Both the position numbers and the translations under genes were made by a program. A DNA stretch of 64,000 nucleotides from Polyangiaceae bacterium (GTDB lineage: Bacteria; Myxococcota_A; Polyangia; Polyangiales; Polyangiaceae), in the NCBI GenBank assembly GCA_044224495.1, contig JBGAKG010000005.1, positions 172,711-236,710 of the forward strand. The letters are read 5' to 3'. The notes below the pieces were generated by a model, which did not search any database, was not told where the DNA came from, and saw only the letters and a program-made list of their open reading frames with translations. Below are positions 1 through 11,566 of the stretch, one piece after another. Position 1 is the stretch's first letter. Every line of letters begins with the position of its first letter.

Positions 1-1
1 T

Positions 2-807
2 GGCTGCGAGCCGCCTCCGCAGGGGCCCCGCTCGATGCTGAACTACAGCGCGGAGGGCAAGCGCGCCTACGACACCGCGATGGTCGAGTTCCAGGCGCAC
101 AACTGGCTCGAGGCGCAGGAGCTCTTCCGCGAGGTCAAGCGCCGCTACGGGCAGTCGAAGTGGGCACGTCTCGCCGAGCTCCGCATCGCCGACGCCGACT
201 TCGAGCAGGAGAAGTTCCCCGAGGCGCTCCGCGGCTACAAGCAGTACATCCACGACCACAAGTCGGACGTGGAAGAGGTCGAGTACGCCCGCGCGCGCGC
301 GGCCGAGGCCCAGTACCGCGAGATCTCGGACGCGATCTTCCTCCCCGCGCAGGAAGAGCGCGACCAAGCCTCCGCGCTCGACTCCTACAAGGAGCTGAAC
401 CAGTTCCTCCACGACTACCCGGCGTCGAAGCAGTCGGCGCGCGTGTGTGGCTTGCTCGAGGACGTGACCGCGCGCCTGGTCCGCCACGAGCTCAGCGTCG
501 CGCGCTTCTACCTGCAGCGCGACAACTTCGACGCGGCCGTGCTGCGTGCGCAGTACGCGATCCGCAACTACGCGACGAACGAGGGCTGCGACCGGGTGCC
601 GAACATCGAGCACCTGCGCCCCGCGCAGGAGTTCGGGCTCGTCCCGGACGCGATGCTGCTCCTCGGCGAGACCTACTTGAAGATGCGGCGCGACAACGAC
701 GCGGCGGCGGCGTTCCAAGCGCTCCTCGGGCGTTACCCGCAGAGCACGCTCGGCGAGCAGGCTCGCGGCTACCTCGACGAGATCGGGCGCCGGAAGACGA
801 AGGGCAC

Positions 808-811
<4 letters not shown>
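2..811 (+). CDS. TPR-repeat outer membrane assembly lipoprotein, BamD/YfiO-like; 5' end lies upstream of the window
   Basis: ORF 35..811 has no signal peptide at its first Met, so the true start is upstream. TPR-like periodicity, for example YKQYIHDH...AEAQYREI...[14 protein letters not shown]...[12 protein letters not shown], typical of BamD. The stop overlaps the next start (GTGA at 808-811). Confidence 0.5.
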
Positions 812-2301
<1,490 letters not shown>

Positions 2302-2302
2302 C

Positions 2303-3091
2303 GTGCTGGGGCGCGAGCTTCGGCGCAGCGGGGCAGCCCCCTGCCTGCTCGCGTTCCACGGCTTCGGCGGGAGCCCCAACGAGCTCCAGCCGATGCTCGA
2401 TCGCGTGCACGACGCGGGCTTTGCCGTTCGCGCGCCGCTCCTGCCGGGGCACGGCACGTCCGTGGCGGAGCTCCAAGACCGCACCTTCGCGGAGTGGCTC
2501 GGCGCGGCGCGGACCGAGCTCGCCGACGCGCGCGCAGCGCACGGCTCGGTGGTGGTGCTCGGGTTCTCGATGGGGAGCCTCGTCGCGATGGAGCTCGCGC
2601 TCGATCCGGGCGCGGCCGGCGGCGTGGTCGGGCTCGTCGTGCTCGGCAACGCGCTCCGCCTCAGCGGGCCCCTCCGGGCGGCGTTCGGGGCGCTCGAGCG
2701 CTTCGGCCTCCGTGCTCCCCGCGTGCTGGTGCCGAAGCCGCGCCCCGCGGACATGGTCGATCGCGAGGCGGCGAAGCAGCTCGGGAACTACGCGAGCCAC
2801 CCGCTCCGCGCGGCGCAGGAGGTCTTTCGCGCGGGGCGGAAGACGCTGGCGCGGATCGGGGAGCTCACCGTGCCGACGCTCGTCGTCCACGGCGCGAAGG
2901 ATCACGTCTGTCCGGTCGAGAACGCCTACGAGCTCGCGCGCCGGATCCCCCACGCGACGCTCAGCCTGCACGCGAACAGCGCGCACGTGGTGGCGGCGGA
3001 TTTGGATCGCGATGCGGTGGCGCGCGACGTGGTCGCGTTCGTGCGCGCGCGCGCGGACGAGCTGCCTCAGCGGCGGCCGGTCGAGCCGTAG
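2303..3091 (+). CDS. alpha/beta hydrolase (esterase/carboxylesterase-like)
   Basis: Nucleophile elbow GFSMGS, preceded by AFHGFGGSP. C-terminal HGAKDHVCP...H acid/His pattern. 262 aa. GTG start. Confidence 0.75.
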   Translation: MLGRELRRSGAAPCLLAFHGFGGSPNELQPMLDRVHDAGFAVRAPLLPGHGTSVAELQDRTFAEWLGAARTELADARAAHGSVVVLGFSMGSLVAMELALDPGAAGGVVGLVVLGNALRLSGPLRAAFGALERFGLRAPRVLVPKPRPADMVDREAAKQLGNYASHPLRAAQEVFRAGRKTLARIGELTVPTLVVHGAKDHVCPVENAYELARRIPHATLSLHANSAHVVAADLDRDAVARDVVAFVRARADELPQRRPVEP

Positions 3092-3519
3092 CCGCCCTCG
3101 CCGCGCTTCGTGCGATCGAGCGAGGTGAGCAGCACCACCTCGGCCCGGGCGACCGGCGCGACGATGAGCTGCGCCATCCGCTCGAGCGGCTGAATCGTGA
3201 CCGCTTCGGCGCCGAGGTTGACGAGCAGGACCTCGACCGGCCCGCGGTAGTCGGCGTCGATCGTCCCGGGGGCGTTCAGGACCGTGAGCCCGGTCCGCGC
3301 GGCCAGCCCGGAGCGGGGCCGAATCTGCCCCTCGAAGCCGGCCGGGATCGCCATCGCGAGACCGGTGGGCACGCGGCGCCGCTCGAGCGGCGCGAAGGTC
3401 CAGGGCTCGGCGATGGCGGCGTGGAGGTCGAGCCCCGCGGCCAGATCGGTCTGGTACTTGGGGAGCGGGACTTCCACCGAACCCACCCGGGCGCACGCGA
3501 TGTAGACGTCGGGAACCAT
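3067..3519 (-). CDS. dut: dUTP diphosphatase
   Basis: Conserved dUTPase motifs AAGLDL, RSGLAA and GTIDADYRG; about 150 aa from the internal Met (MVPDVYI). The listed ORF extends to 3570, but the upstream Met lacks support. Confidence 0.85.
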   Translation of the reverse strand: MVPDVYIACARVGSVEVPLPKYQTDLAAGLDLHAAIAEPWTFAPLERRRVPTGLAMAIPAGFEGQIRPRSGLAARTGLTVLNAPGTIDADYRGPVEVLLVNLGAEAVTIQPLERMAQLIVAPVARAEVVLLTSLDRTKRGEGGYGSTGRR

Positions 3520-3536
3520 GGCCCCTCGTCTAGCAG

Positions 3537-5183
3537 ATGCGGGGGGACGCCTGGTACACTGCACCCACATTGACTCAGCAGGCCCCCCCCGTCCGCGTCG
3601 TAGGGCGCTACGCGCTCTACAACGAGATCGCCGCCGGCGGCATGGCGACGGTGCACTTCGGGCGCCTGCTCGGACCGGTCGGCTTCTCGCGTACGGTGGC
3701 GATCAAGCGCCTGCACCCGCAGTTCGCGAAGGATCCCGAGTTCGTCTCGATGTTCCTGGACGAAGCGCGGCTCGCGGCGCGAATCCGGCACCCGAACGTG
3801 GTGCCCACGCTCGACGTCGTGGCGACGCAGGGTGAGCTGTTTCTCGTCATGGAGTACGTCCAGGGCGAGAGCCTGTCGCGGCTCATCCGTACGGCCGCGA
3901 TGGCGCGCCAGCGCATCGCGCCGCGGATCGTCGCCGGCGTGATGTGTGGGGCGCTCCACGGCCTGCACGCCGCGCACGAGGCGAAGAACGAGCGCGGCGA
4001 GCCCCTCAACATCGTCCACCGCGACATCTCTCCGCAGAACGTGCTCGTCGGCAGCGACGGCGTGGCGCGCGTGCTCGACTTCGGCGTCGCGAAGGCGGCG
4101 GGGCGGATCCAGACCACGCGCGAGGGCCAGCTGAAGGGCAAGCTCGCGTACATGTCCCCCGAGCAGATCACGGGGGCCGTCACGCGCCAGACCGACATCT
4201 ACGCGGCGGCGATCGTCCTCTGGGAGGCACTGACCGGTACCCGCCTCTTCTCGGGTGAGAACGAGGCGCAGATCCTGGCGAAGGTGATGGGCGGCAACGT
4301 GAGCCCGCCGAGCCTGCTCGCGCCGGGCCTGCCGCCGGGTCTCGACGGCGTGGTGCTCCGCGGGCTCGCTCGCGAGCCGCTCCAGCGCTGGCAGACGGCG
4401 CGCGAGTTCGCGATCGCGCTCGAGCGCTGCGTCGGCGTCGCGTCGGCAACCGAGATCGGCGAGTGGGTCGAGGGCAATGCTCACTCCGAGCTCGCCAAGC
4501 GCGCGGGCCGCATCGCGGAGATCGAGAGCTCCTCGCCGAACATCGCGCCGGGTGCGCTCGAAGACGCCGTCGCGCAGGTGCAGACCGGCGTCGGGCCCAG
4601 CGGCGCAGCGCCGCTGGCGGCCGATCCGCCGGTCTCGCAAGCTTCGAGCATCTCCGTCGCGCGCCCGCCGGAGCCGAAGAAGGGCGGCAACCCCCTCCTC
4701 TGGATTGGCGGCCTCGGTGCGGGCCTCCTGCTGCTCCTCGCGTTGGGCGTGGCTGGCGTCGCCATCTTCGGCAATCGCACGAAGGGCACCGCGACCGCGA
4801 CGGGCGGCACGGCGACGGCGGCGACCTCCGGCACGACGACGACCGGAGCGACCGCGACGATGGGCGCGACACCCGCAACGGGAACGGGAGCGGGACCGAC
4901 CACGACCGGCGCCGCTTCGGCGGCTCCCCCGGACACGGCCGCGAACGCGAACGCGACGACCGATGGGGGCGCCAAGCCGCTCGCGACCCACACGGGCGGC
5001 GCCACGACGGCCCACCCCATGGGAACGCACACCAGCGCGACGGCGACCGCCACCGCCACTGCGACGGCGACCGCCACCGCGACGGCGACCGCGACGACGA
5101 CGAAACCCGCGACGAACTGCGATCCGCCGTATACGCTCGACGCTTCGGGTCACAAGAAGTGGAAACCCGAGTGCGTGAACTGA
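3537..5183 (+). CDS. Ser/Thr protein kinase with a transmembrane segment and a Thr/Ala/Gly-rich low-complexity C-terminal region
   Basis: Gly-rich loop IAAGGMATV, VAIKRL lysine, HRDISPQNVL catalytic loop, DFG, SPEQ. TM helix LLWIGGLGAGLLLLLALGVAGVAIF. Tail TGTATATGGTATAATSGTT...ATATATATATATATATATATTT. Start uncertain because it is only 18 bp from the divergent dut start. Confidence 0.85.
   Translation: MRGDAWYTAPTLTQQAPPVRVVGRYALYNEIAAGGMATVHFGRLLGPVGFSRTVAIKRLHPQFAKDPEFVSMFLDEARLAARIRHPNVVPTLDVVATQGELFLVMEYVQGESLSRLIRTAAMARQRIAPRIVAGVMCGALHGLHAAHEAKNERGEPLNIVHRDISPQNVLVGSDGVARVLDFGVAKAAGRIQTTREGQLKGKLAYMSPEQITGAVTRQTDIYAAAIVLWEALTGTRLFSGENEAQILAKVMGGNVSPPSLLAPGLPPGLDGVVLRGLAREPLQRWQTAREFAIALERCVGVASATEIGEWVEGNAHSELAKRAGRIAEIESSSPNIAPGALEDAVAQVQTGVGPSGAAPLAADPPVSQASSISVARPPEPKKGGNPLLWIGGLGAGLLLLLALGVAGVAIFGNRTKGTATATGGTATAATSGTTTTGATATMGATPATGTGAGPTTTGAASAAPPDTAANANATTDGGAKPLATHTGGATTAHPMGTHTSATATATATATATATATATATTTKPATNCDPPYTLDASGHKKWKPECVN
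5035..5103 (+). repeat. hexanucleotide (GCGACG/GCCACC-type) tandem repeat encoding (Ala-Thr)n inside the kinase tail
   Basis: Sequence gcgacggcgaccgccaccgccactgcgacggcgaccgccaccgcgacggcgaccgcgacgacg, translating to ATATATATATATATATATATTT. Confidence 0.7.
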
Positions 5184-5201
5184 GCCCGTGAACCGAGAGT
5201 C

Positions 5202-6089
5202 ATGAAGAAGACCTTCCTCCTCCCCGCCCTCCTCGCCGCAGTCGTCGCGCCCCTCGCCACCACGGCCCCCGCTCGCGCCGACGACAAGGCCGAGTGCATC
5301 GCGGCCTCCGAGAAGGCGCAGAGCCTCCGCGACGACAAGCGCTTCAGCCAGACGCGGGAGCTCCTCTTGAGCTGCGCGCGCGAGGTCTGCCCGGCCGTGA
5401 TCAAGAAGGACTGCGCCGAGCAGCTCGCCGACCTCGAGAAGAAGATCCCGAGCGTGGTGCTCGGCGCCAAGGACCACTCCGGCCACGACATCGTCGCGGT
5501 CAAGGTCGCGATCGACGGCAAGCCCGCCGCGGAGTCGCTCGACGGCAAGGCCATCCAGCTCGATCCGGGCGTGCACACGTTCCGCTTCGAGACGGCCGGA
5601 GAAGATCCGGTCGAGCAGAAGGTCGTCGTCGCCGAAGGCGAGCAGAGCCGACCCGTGACCGTGACGTTCGGGCAGCCGGACGGCGGCGGCGGGGGCGAGG
5701 CCAAGCGCGGCGCGCCGATCGCGGGGATCGTCGTCGGCGGCGTCGGGCTCATCGCGGGTGCGGTGCTCGCCCCCATCTTCTGGTCGATGGGGCTGAGCCA
5801 GAAGAAGACGGACGAGTCGCCCGGCGGCTGCGCGCCGGCCGGCGGCGGCCCGGGTTGCAGCGACGAGGAGATCTCGTCGATCCGCACCAAGCTCGTCATC
5901 GGCGACATCATGATGGGCGTCGGGATCGTCGGCATCGCCGTCGGCGCCGTGCTCATCATCACGCACTACACCGGCGGCAAGAGCACGACCGGGCAGGCGC
6001 TCGCCCCGACCCGCACGGCGTTCCAGCCGCACGTCGGCGCGTCGCCCACGCGCGGCGGCGGCTTCGCGACGGTCGGCTTCGAGTTCTGA
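5202..6089 (+). CDS. secreted/membrane-anchored hypothetical protein (signal peptide, two TM helices, Gly-rich linkers)
   Basis: N-terminal signal [26 protein letters not shown]. Cys-rich motif CIAASEKA...[19 protein letters not shown] segments [22 protein letters not shown] and [19 protein letters not shown] purine-rich stretch lies upstream. Confidence 0.6.
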   Translation: MKKTFLLPALLAAVVAPLATTAPARADDKAECIAASEKAQSLRDDKRFSQTRELLLSCAREVCPAVIKKDCAEQLADLEKKIPSVVLGAKDHSGHDIVAVKVAIDGKPAAESLDGKAIQLDPGVHTFRFETAGEDPVEQKVVVAEGEQSRPVTVTFGQPDGGGGGEAKRGAPIAGIVVGGVGLIAGAVLAPIFWSMGLSQKKTDESPGGCAPAGGGPGCSDEEISSIRTKLVIGDIMMGVGIVGIAVGAVLIITHYTGGKSTTGQALAPTRTAFQPHVGASPTRGGGFATVGFEF

Positions 6090-6132
6090 GCGCCAGCTGA
6101 CGCACGCGCTCGCCCGTGGTAGCAGGACGCCC

Positions 6133-7683
6133 ATGTCCTCGCGCGACCGTGTTCTCATCCTCGACTTCGGTTCGCAGTACACCCAGCTCATCGCCCGCCG
6201 CATCCGCGAGCAGCGCGTCTACTGCGAGATCCACCCGTGCACGCTCGCGTACGAGAAGATCGTCGAGCTGGCGCCGAAGGCCATCATCCTCTCGGGCGGC
6301 CCCGCCAGCGTCTACGGCGAAGGCGCCCCGACGACGGACCGCCGCATCTTCGACCTCGGCGTGCCGGTGCTCGGCATCTGCTACGGCCTCCAGCTCATCG
6401 CGCACCTCTTGGGCGGCAAGGTCGAGAAGGCGAGCGCACGCGAGTACGGCGCGGCCAAGCTCACCGTCGATCGCACGGAGGGCATCTTCCACCGCTTCGC
6501 CGCCGGCACCGCGATCGACGTGTGGATGTCGCACGGTGACAGCATCAGCGCGATGCCGCCGGGCTTCGTGACCCTCGGCACGTCGGGGAACACGCCCTTC
6601 TGCGCCGCCGCGGATCCGAAGCGCAACATCTGGGGCATCCAGTTCCACCCCGAGGTCGCGCACACGCCGCGCGGGAACGACATCCTCGGCGCGTTCCTCT
6701 TCGACGTCGCCAAGCTCTCTCCCAGCTGGACGCCGGGGAGCTTCACGGAGGAAGCCGTGGCGACCGTCCGCGAGCGCGTGAAGCCGGACGAGAACGTGAT
6801 CTGCGGACTCTCGGGCGGCGTCGACAGCTCGGTCGCCGCGGTGCTGTGTCACCGCGCGCTCGGCGATCGGCTCACGTGCATCTTCGTCGACAACGGGCTC
6901 CTCCGGCAGGGCGAGTTCGAGCAGGTCGTCGCGACCTTCCGCGAGAACTTCCACATGAAGCTCGTCGCGGTGGACGCGAAGGAGCGCTTCCTGAGCGCGC
7001 TCGCGGGCGTCTCGGACCCCGAGACCAAAAGAAAGATCATCGGGCGTGTCTTCATCGAAGTGTTCGACGACGAAGCGAAGCGCGTCCAGAACGCGCGCTG
7101 GTTGGTCCAAGGGACGCTTTACCCCGACGTGATCGAGAGCGTCTCGTTCAAGGGCCCGAGCGCCGTGATCAAGAGCCACCACAACGTCGGCGGCTTGCCC
7201 GAGCGCATGAAGCTCGGCCTGATCGAGCCGCTGCGCGAGCTCTTCAAGGACGAGGTGCGCGCCGCCGGCGAGTCGCTCGGCATGCCGCGCGACATGCTCT
7301 GGCGGCATCCCTTCCCCGGACCGGGGCTCGCGATCCGCTGCCTCGGGGAGGTCACCGCCGCTCGGCTCGCGGTCCTCCGCGCCGCCGACGCGATCGTGAC
7401 CGAGGAGATCCGCGCCGCCGGCCTCTACGACACGATCTGGCAGGCCTTCTGCGTGCTCCTCCCGGTGCGCTCCGTCGGCGTCATGGGCGACGAGCGGACC
7501 TACGAAGAGACGTGCGCGATCCGCGCCGTGAGCTCGGTCGACGGGATGACCGCGGATTGGTCGCTCATCCCCTACGACGTGCTCGGTCGGATCTCGAACC
7601 GCGTGATCAACGAGGTCCGCGGCATCAACCGCGTCGTATACGACATCTCCTCCAAGCCGCCGGCGACGATCGAATGGGAGTGA
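6133..7683 (+). CDS. guaA: GMP synthase (glutamine-hydrolysing)
   Basis: GATase domain ([29 protein letters not shown]) and ATP-PPase P-loop SGGVDSSV. C-terminal dimerisation domain ending TIEWE. 516 aa. Confidence 0.95.
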   Translation: MSSRDRVLILDFGSQYTQLIARRIREQRVYCEIHPCTLAYEKIVELAPKAIILSGGPASVYGEGAPTTDRRIFDLGVPVLGICYGLQLIAHLLGGKVEKASAREYGAAKLTVDRTEGIFHRFAAGTAIDVWMSHGDSISAMPPGFVTLGTSGNTPFCAAADPKRNIWGIQFHPEVAHTPRGNDILGAFLFDVAKLSPSWTPGSFTEEAVATVRERVKPDENVICGLSGGVDSSVAAVLCHRALGDRLTCIFVDNGLLRQGEFEQVVATFRENFHMKLVAVDAKERFLSALAGVSDPETKRKIIGRVFIEVFDDEAKRVQNARWLVQGTLYPDVIESVSFKGPSAVIKSHHNVGGLPERMKLGLIEPLRELFKDEVRAAGESLGMPRDMLWRHPFPGPGLAIRCLGEVTAARLAVLRAADAIVTEEIRAAGLYDTIWQAFCVLLPVRSVGVMGDERTYEETCAIRAVSSVDGMTADWSLIPYDVLGRISNRVINEVRGINRVVYDISSKPPATIEWE

Positions 7684-8000
7684 TCCTCTCTCCGGTGCGT
7701 CGGGCGCTGCTGGCGGCCCTCCTCGGCACCACCGTGGCGTGCGCGGCAAAGGCGCCGGTCGAGGCGCCCACGGTGTCCCTCCGGATGACGGGCGGGCCTC
7801 CGGACGCCCGGGTCACGGTGGACGACCAGCTCGTCGGTACGCTCGACGTGGTGGCCGTTCGTGGGGTGGCGATGCCGGTGGGTCAGCACCGCATCAGCGT
7901 GGAGCGCCAAGGGTATTTCCCCTACGACACCCTGGTCGAGGCGAAGGAAGGCCAGGGTCCGGTCAAGCTCGAGGTGAAGCTCGTCCCCGTGCCCGAGTGA
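7674..8000 (+). CDS. PEGA-domain lipoprotein
   Basis: The ATG overlaps the guaA stop (ATGGGAGTGA). Signal plus lipobox [12 protein letters not shown]-like fold signature [14 protein letters not shown]...[34 protein letters not shown]. Confidence 0.6.
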   Translation: MGVILSPVRRALLAALLGTTVACAAKAPVEAPTVSLRMTGGPPDARVTVDDQLVGTLDVVAVRGVAMPVGQHRISVERQGYFPYDTLVEAKEGQGPVKLEVKLVPVPE

Positions 8001-8097
8001 CGTCCTTGGCGGCTTTTGCTTGACGAAACGGGCGTTTCGGAGCACAACCCCGCGCCTTCCCCGCAATTTTCCTCGATCCGAATCGGAGTCTCGTTCA

Positions 8098-8261
8098 TGG
8101 CGAATCGTGCAATCTGGAGCGTTCGTAAGCGTCACGAGTGGCTGGCCACCCCGCTGAAGGCCAAGCGCGTGAAGCGCGCGAGCCGCCTCCGCTGCGGGCT
8201 CCAGGACGCGATCGACCGCAAGGGCACCGGCGAGGCCAAGCCCGCCGCGTCCGACAAGTAA
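8098..8261 (+). CDS. small basic hypothetical protein (54 aa)
   Basis: GGAG lies 9 nt upstream of the ATG, in a locally AT-richer intergenic region. MANRAIWSVRKRHEWLATPLKAKRVKRASRLRCGL... No recognisable family. Confidence 0.3.
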
Positions 8262-8271
8262 GCGTCGAGCT

Positions 8272-9189
8272 TCAGAAGCCGCTCTGGGCTTCGTTCCAGT
8301 CCGAGGCGCAGGCCGCCCAGGACATCGTCGCGGTGTTGCGCGCCCAACCGAGGGTGCCCCGCGCGTCCACGAGGATGATGCCGCCCTGCCCGCCGGTCCG
8401 CGCCTGCATGAGCGTGATCGCGGCGCGCGCGGCGTCCTCGGCGGCCATCCCGGTCCGCATCCACTCGATCGCCGTCTTCGCGAGGCAGAGTCGCATCATC
8501 GATTCGCCGTGGCCGGTGTTCGAGCACGCGCCCGCGGCGTCGTCCGCGTAGGTGCCGGCGCCGAGGATCGGGGAGTCCCCCACTCGCCCTGCGCGCTTCA
8601 TGAACATGCCGCCGGTGCTCGTGGCCGCAGCGACCGCGCCGCGTGCGTCGCGCACGACCGCGCCGACGGTGCCGCCCGCGAAGCCCTGCGCGCTGGCGCG
8701 CTTCGCGCGGAGCTCCTCCCACCGGACGCGCACGGCCTCGGTGATCATCGAGCCGTCGGTCACGGCGCGAAAGCCGTGCTCCTCGGCGAAGCGCACGGCG
8801 CCGGCGCTCGCATAGAGGATGTGCCGGCCATCGTCGAGCACCGCGCGCGCGATCGCGATCGGGTTCTTGAATGGAGGGAGCGCGCACACGGCGCCGGCGC
8901 GGAGCGTCGTGCCCTCCATGAGCGAGGCGTCGAGCTCCATCGCGCCGTCCTCGGTGAGGCACGCGCCGGTCCCGGCGTTGAAGCGCGGATCGTCCTCGAG
9001 GACGCGCACGGCGGCCTCGGCCGCTTCGAGCGCGGTGGCGCCGGCGCGGAGCGTTTCGGCGCCGGCTTCGGCGGCGCGCCGACAGCCCTGCGCGTGGCCC
9101 TTGCGCGACTCCTCGGGCACGTCGCCTGCGCCACCGTGGACCAAGATCGAGAACCCGCTGCTCTGTGCCCCGAAGCTCGTGACGCTCAC
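8272..9189 (-). CDS. isoaspartyl peptidase / L-asparaginase (Ntn-hydrolase family)
   Basis: ILVHGGAG N-terminus. Autoproteolytic Thr in GTVGAVV. GAGTYADD, HGESMM motifs. 305 aa. Confidence 0.85.
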   Translation of the reverse strand: MSVTSFGAQSSGFSILVHGGAGDVPEESRKGHAQGCRRAAEAGAETLRAGATALEAAEAAVRVLEDDPRFNAGTGACLTEDGAMELDASLMEGTTLRAGAVCALPPFKNPIAIARAVLDDGRHILYASAGAVRFAEEHGFRAVTDGSMITEAVRVRWEELRAKRASAQGFAGGTVGAVVRDARGAVAAATSTGGMFMKRAGRVGDSPILGAGTYADDAAGACSNTGHGESMMRLCLAKTAIEWMRTGMAAEDAARAAITLMQARTGGQGGIILVDARGTLGWARNTATMSWAACASDWNEAQSGF

Positions 9190-9908
9190 GGTCGCTCACG
9201 ATAGCAAAACGGCGCGACGGCGAGGAGCAACGCCATCGGCACCGCGGTCACGAGCGCGGGGACGAGCGCCTGCGCCGCGAGTTGGAAGAGCACGATCGTC
9301 GGCGCCAGCGCGGCGACCACGAGCGCGCCGCCGCGGAGCCGCCGATCCGGGAACGCACCCGCGACGTGGATCGGGAGCGCGAGCGCAGCGCCGCCGAGCG
9401 ACAGACCGACGGCCCACTTCGCGGCCGCGGGCAGCCCGACCGTGGCGGGAGCGTCGAGCTTGTCGACGCGGACGAGCGAGCCGTCTTGGAGGACCTGCAC
9501 GCCGCGCGAGAGATCGACGAAGCGCTCGCCGTCCCAGACGAGACCGTCGACGGCGACGCGCGGGAAGAACGCGTGCACGTCGGCGTGCGACGACGCGAGC
9601 GCGAGCACCACCAGCGCCAACGCGGGGATGGCCGCCCCCACGACGACCGGCGCGGCGGCCCGCCACGGCGCCGCGCCGAGACCGAAGAGCGCGAGGAGCT
9701 CGCCCCGACGCTGGAGCGTGCGCAGCGTCAGGAGCGTCGCGAGGGCGCTCGCGAGCGGAGCGACGGGGAGCGCGCGCACGAGGCGCTCGGACCACGCGAC
9801 GCCGCCCTCGTCGGTCGCCGCGGACAGCAGCAGCGCGACGGCGAACAGCGCCGCTGAGAGCGCAGCGCTCCCCAAGGCGGTTCGTCGGTCCCACGCCGTC
9901 GGGCGCAT
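9186..9908 (-). CDS. polytopic membrane protein (permease-like, unknown family)
   Basis: Internal Met MRPTAWDRR is followed by about six hydrophobic helices. Its stop overlaps the asparaginase start (ATGA). The longer listed ORF (to 10211) has an Arg-rich, non-protein-like N-terminus. Confidence 0.5.
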   Translation of the reverse strand: MRPTAWDRRTALGSAALSAALFAVALLLSAATDEGGVAWSERLVRALPVAPLASALATLLTLRTLQRRGELLALFGLGAAPWRAAAPVVVGAAIPALALVVLALASSHADVHAFFPRVAVDGLVWDGERFVDLSRGVQVLQDGSLVRVDKLDAPATVGLPAAAKWAVGLSLGGAALALPIHVAGAFPDRRLRGGALVVAALAPTIVLFQLAAQALVPALVTAVPMALLLAVAPFCYRERP

Positions 9909-9947
9909 GCCGAGAAATTGCCCGAGCCGCGCGCGATTTGCTAGCGC

Positions 9948-10481
9948 ATGTGCATGCGCGCCGCGAAGCCCTTGGTGCTGGTCGTCTTGCTCGTGGGGGC
10001 GCTGGCGTGCTCGGGGAAGGACCGCTACCGCCCCGGCGAGGCGCTCGGCACGTTCCGCGTCGACGGCACGCTCACGGCCAACGGGTGCAGCGCGACGGGC
10101 GACGTGCCGAACCCGTGGACGTTCCAGGTCGATCTCGGCCGCGATCCGGGGGTTCTCTATTGGATCCAGGGGGGCGCGCCCGTCTCGGGGCTCATCGATC
10201 CGAACGGGCACGCGACGCTCAGCGTGACCGGTACCACCGAGGTACGAGCCGCCACCCAGCGCACGGCGGGCTGCACGATCGCCCGGACCGACACGTTCGA
10301 CGGGACCATCCCCCGCACGGGAGCGGTCACGGAGTTCACGGGGAAGCTCGGGTACTCGTACGCGGTCGTCGACGGCGATTGCGCGGACCAGATCACCGAG
10401 AACGGCGGTGGTTTCGATGCCCTCCCCTGCACGATCTCGTACGACGTGAAGGGAACGCAGGTAGCGGCGCCGAAGAAGTAG
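9948..10481 (+). CDS. hypothetical lipoprotein
   Basis: Signal peptide plus lipobox LVGALACSG. Several Cys pairs (NGCSATG, AGCTIART, DGDCADQ...LPCTISY). Confidence 0.55.
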   Translation: MCMRAAKPLVLVVLLVGALACSGKDRYRPGEALGTFRVDGTLTANGCSATGDVPNPWTFQVDLGRDPGVLYWIQGGAPVSGLIDPNGHATLSVTGTTEVRAATQRTAGCTIARTDTFDGTIPRTGAVTEFTGKLGYSYAVVDGDCADQITENGGGFDALPCTISYDVKGTQVAAPKK

Positions 10482-10529
10482 GTCGCCCCGACGAGCGCCG
10501 GCGCCGCGGGAGCGTTAGACTCGCCGCCG

Positions 10530-11555
10530 ATGGAACACCGAAACCTCGGCACCTCCGGCCTCAAAGTCCCTCTTCTTTGTCTCGGCGCCATGACGTTCGG
10601 CGAAGCCGACGAGAAATCGTTCATGCACAAGATCGGTGCGGACGAGAAGACATCGTTCGCGATCATGAGCCGCGCCCTCGAGCACGGCGTGAGCTTCATC
10701 GACACCGCCGACGTCTACGGCCAGGACGGGCTCTCCGAGCGCGTCGTCGGCGCGTGGATGAGCGAGACGAAGACGCGCGACAAGGTGATCCTCGCGACGA
10801 AGTTCCGCTTCCGGATGGGCGAAGGGCCGAACGGAACCGGGGCGTCACGCCTCCGGATCGTGCGCGCGGTCGAGGACAGCCTGCGCCGCCTGAAGACGGA
10901 CCGGATCGATCTCTACCAAATCCACATGCAGGACATCGACACGCCGGAGGAAGAGACCCTCCGCGCGCTCGACGATCTCGTGCGCGCAGGCAAGGTCCTC
11001 TACCTGGGCGCGAGCAACTACGCCGCGTACCGCCTCACCGACAGCCAGTGGATCTCGAAGACCGAGCACCTCGAGCGCTTCGTCGGGCTCCAGATGCAGT
11101 ACAGCCTGCTCGTGCGCGATCTCGAGCGCGAGCACGTGCCGCTCTGCCAGAAGTTCGGTCTCGGCATCTTGCCGTGGTCGCCGCTCGCGGGCGGCTTCCT
11201 CTCCGGCAAGTACCAGCGGAACCAGCCGCCCCCGCCCGGCGTTCGGCTCGAGAAGTGGCGCGAGCGCTTCGCAGAGTACGACAGCGAGCGCGGCTGGCGC
11301 ACGCTCGACGCCGTGAACGCGATCGCGAAGGAGCGCAGCACCACGCCGTCGGCGGTCGCTCTCGCGTGGCTCCTCGCGAAGCCCGCGGTCACGTCGGTCA
11401 TCTTCGGCGCGCGCTCGATCGAGCAGCTCGACGACAACCTGAAGGCGGCGGAGCTCCGCCTGAGCCCGGCGGACGTGAAGATGCTCGACGACGCGAGCGC
11501 CTTCGACGTCGGCTACCCCTACAAGTTCATCGCCAACATCCAGAAGCGCTGGTGA
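10530..11555 (+). CDS. aldo/keto reductase
   Basis: AKR family signatures GTSGLKVPLLCLGAMTFG, IDTADVYG, DLYQIHMQD, LGASNY, ILPWSPLAGG. 341 aa. Confidence 0.9.
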   Translation: MEHRNLGTSGLKVPLLCLGAMTFGEADEKSFMHKIGADEKTSFAIMSRALEHGVSFIDTADVYGQDGLSERVVGAWMSETKTRDKVILATKFRFRMGEGPNGTGASRLRIVRAVEDSLRRLKTDRIDLYQIHMQDIDTPEEETLRALDDLVRAGKVLYLGASNYAAYRLTDSQWISKTEHLERFVGLQMQYSLLVRDLEREHVPLCQKFGLGILPWSPLAGGFLSGKYQRNQPPPPGVRLEKWRERFAEYDSERGWRTLDAVNAIAKERSTTPSAVALAWLLAKPAVTSVIFGARSIEQLDDNLKAAELRLSPADVKMLDDASAFDVGYPYKFIANIQKRW

Positions 11556-11566
11556 GTGGGGCCGCG

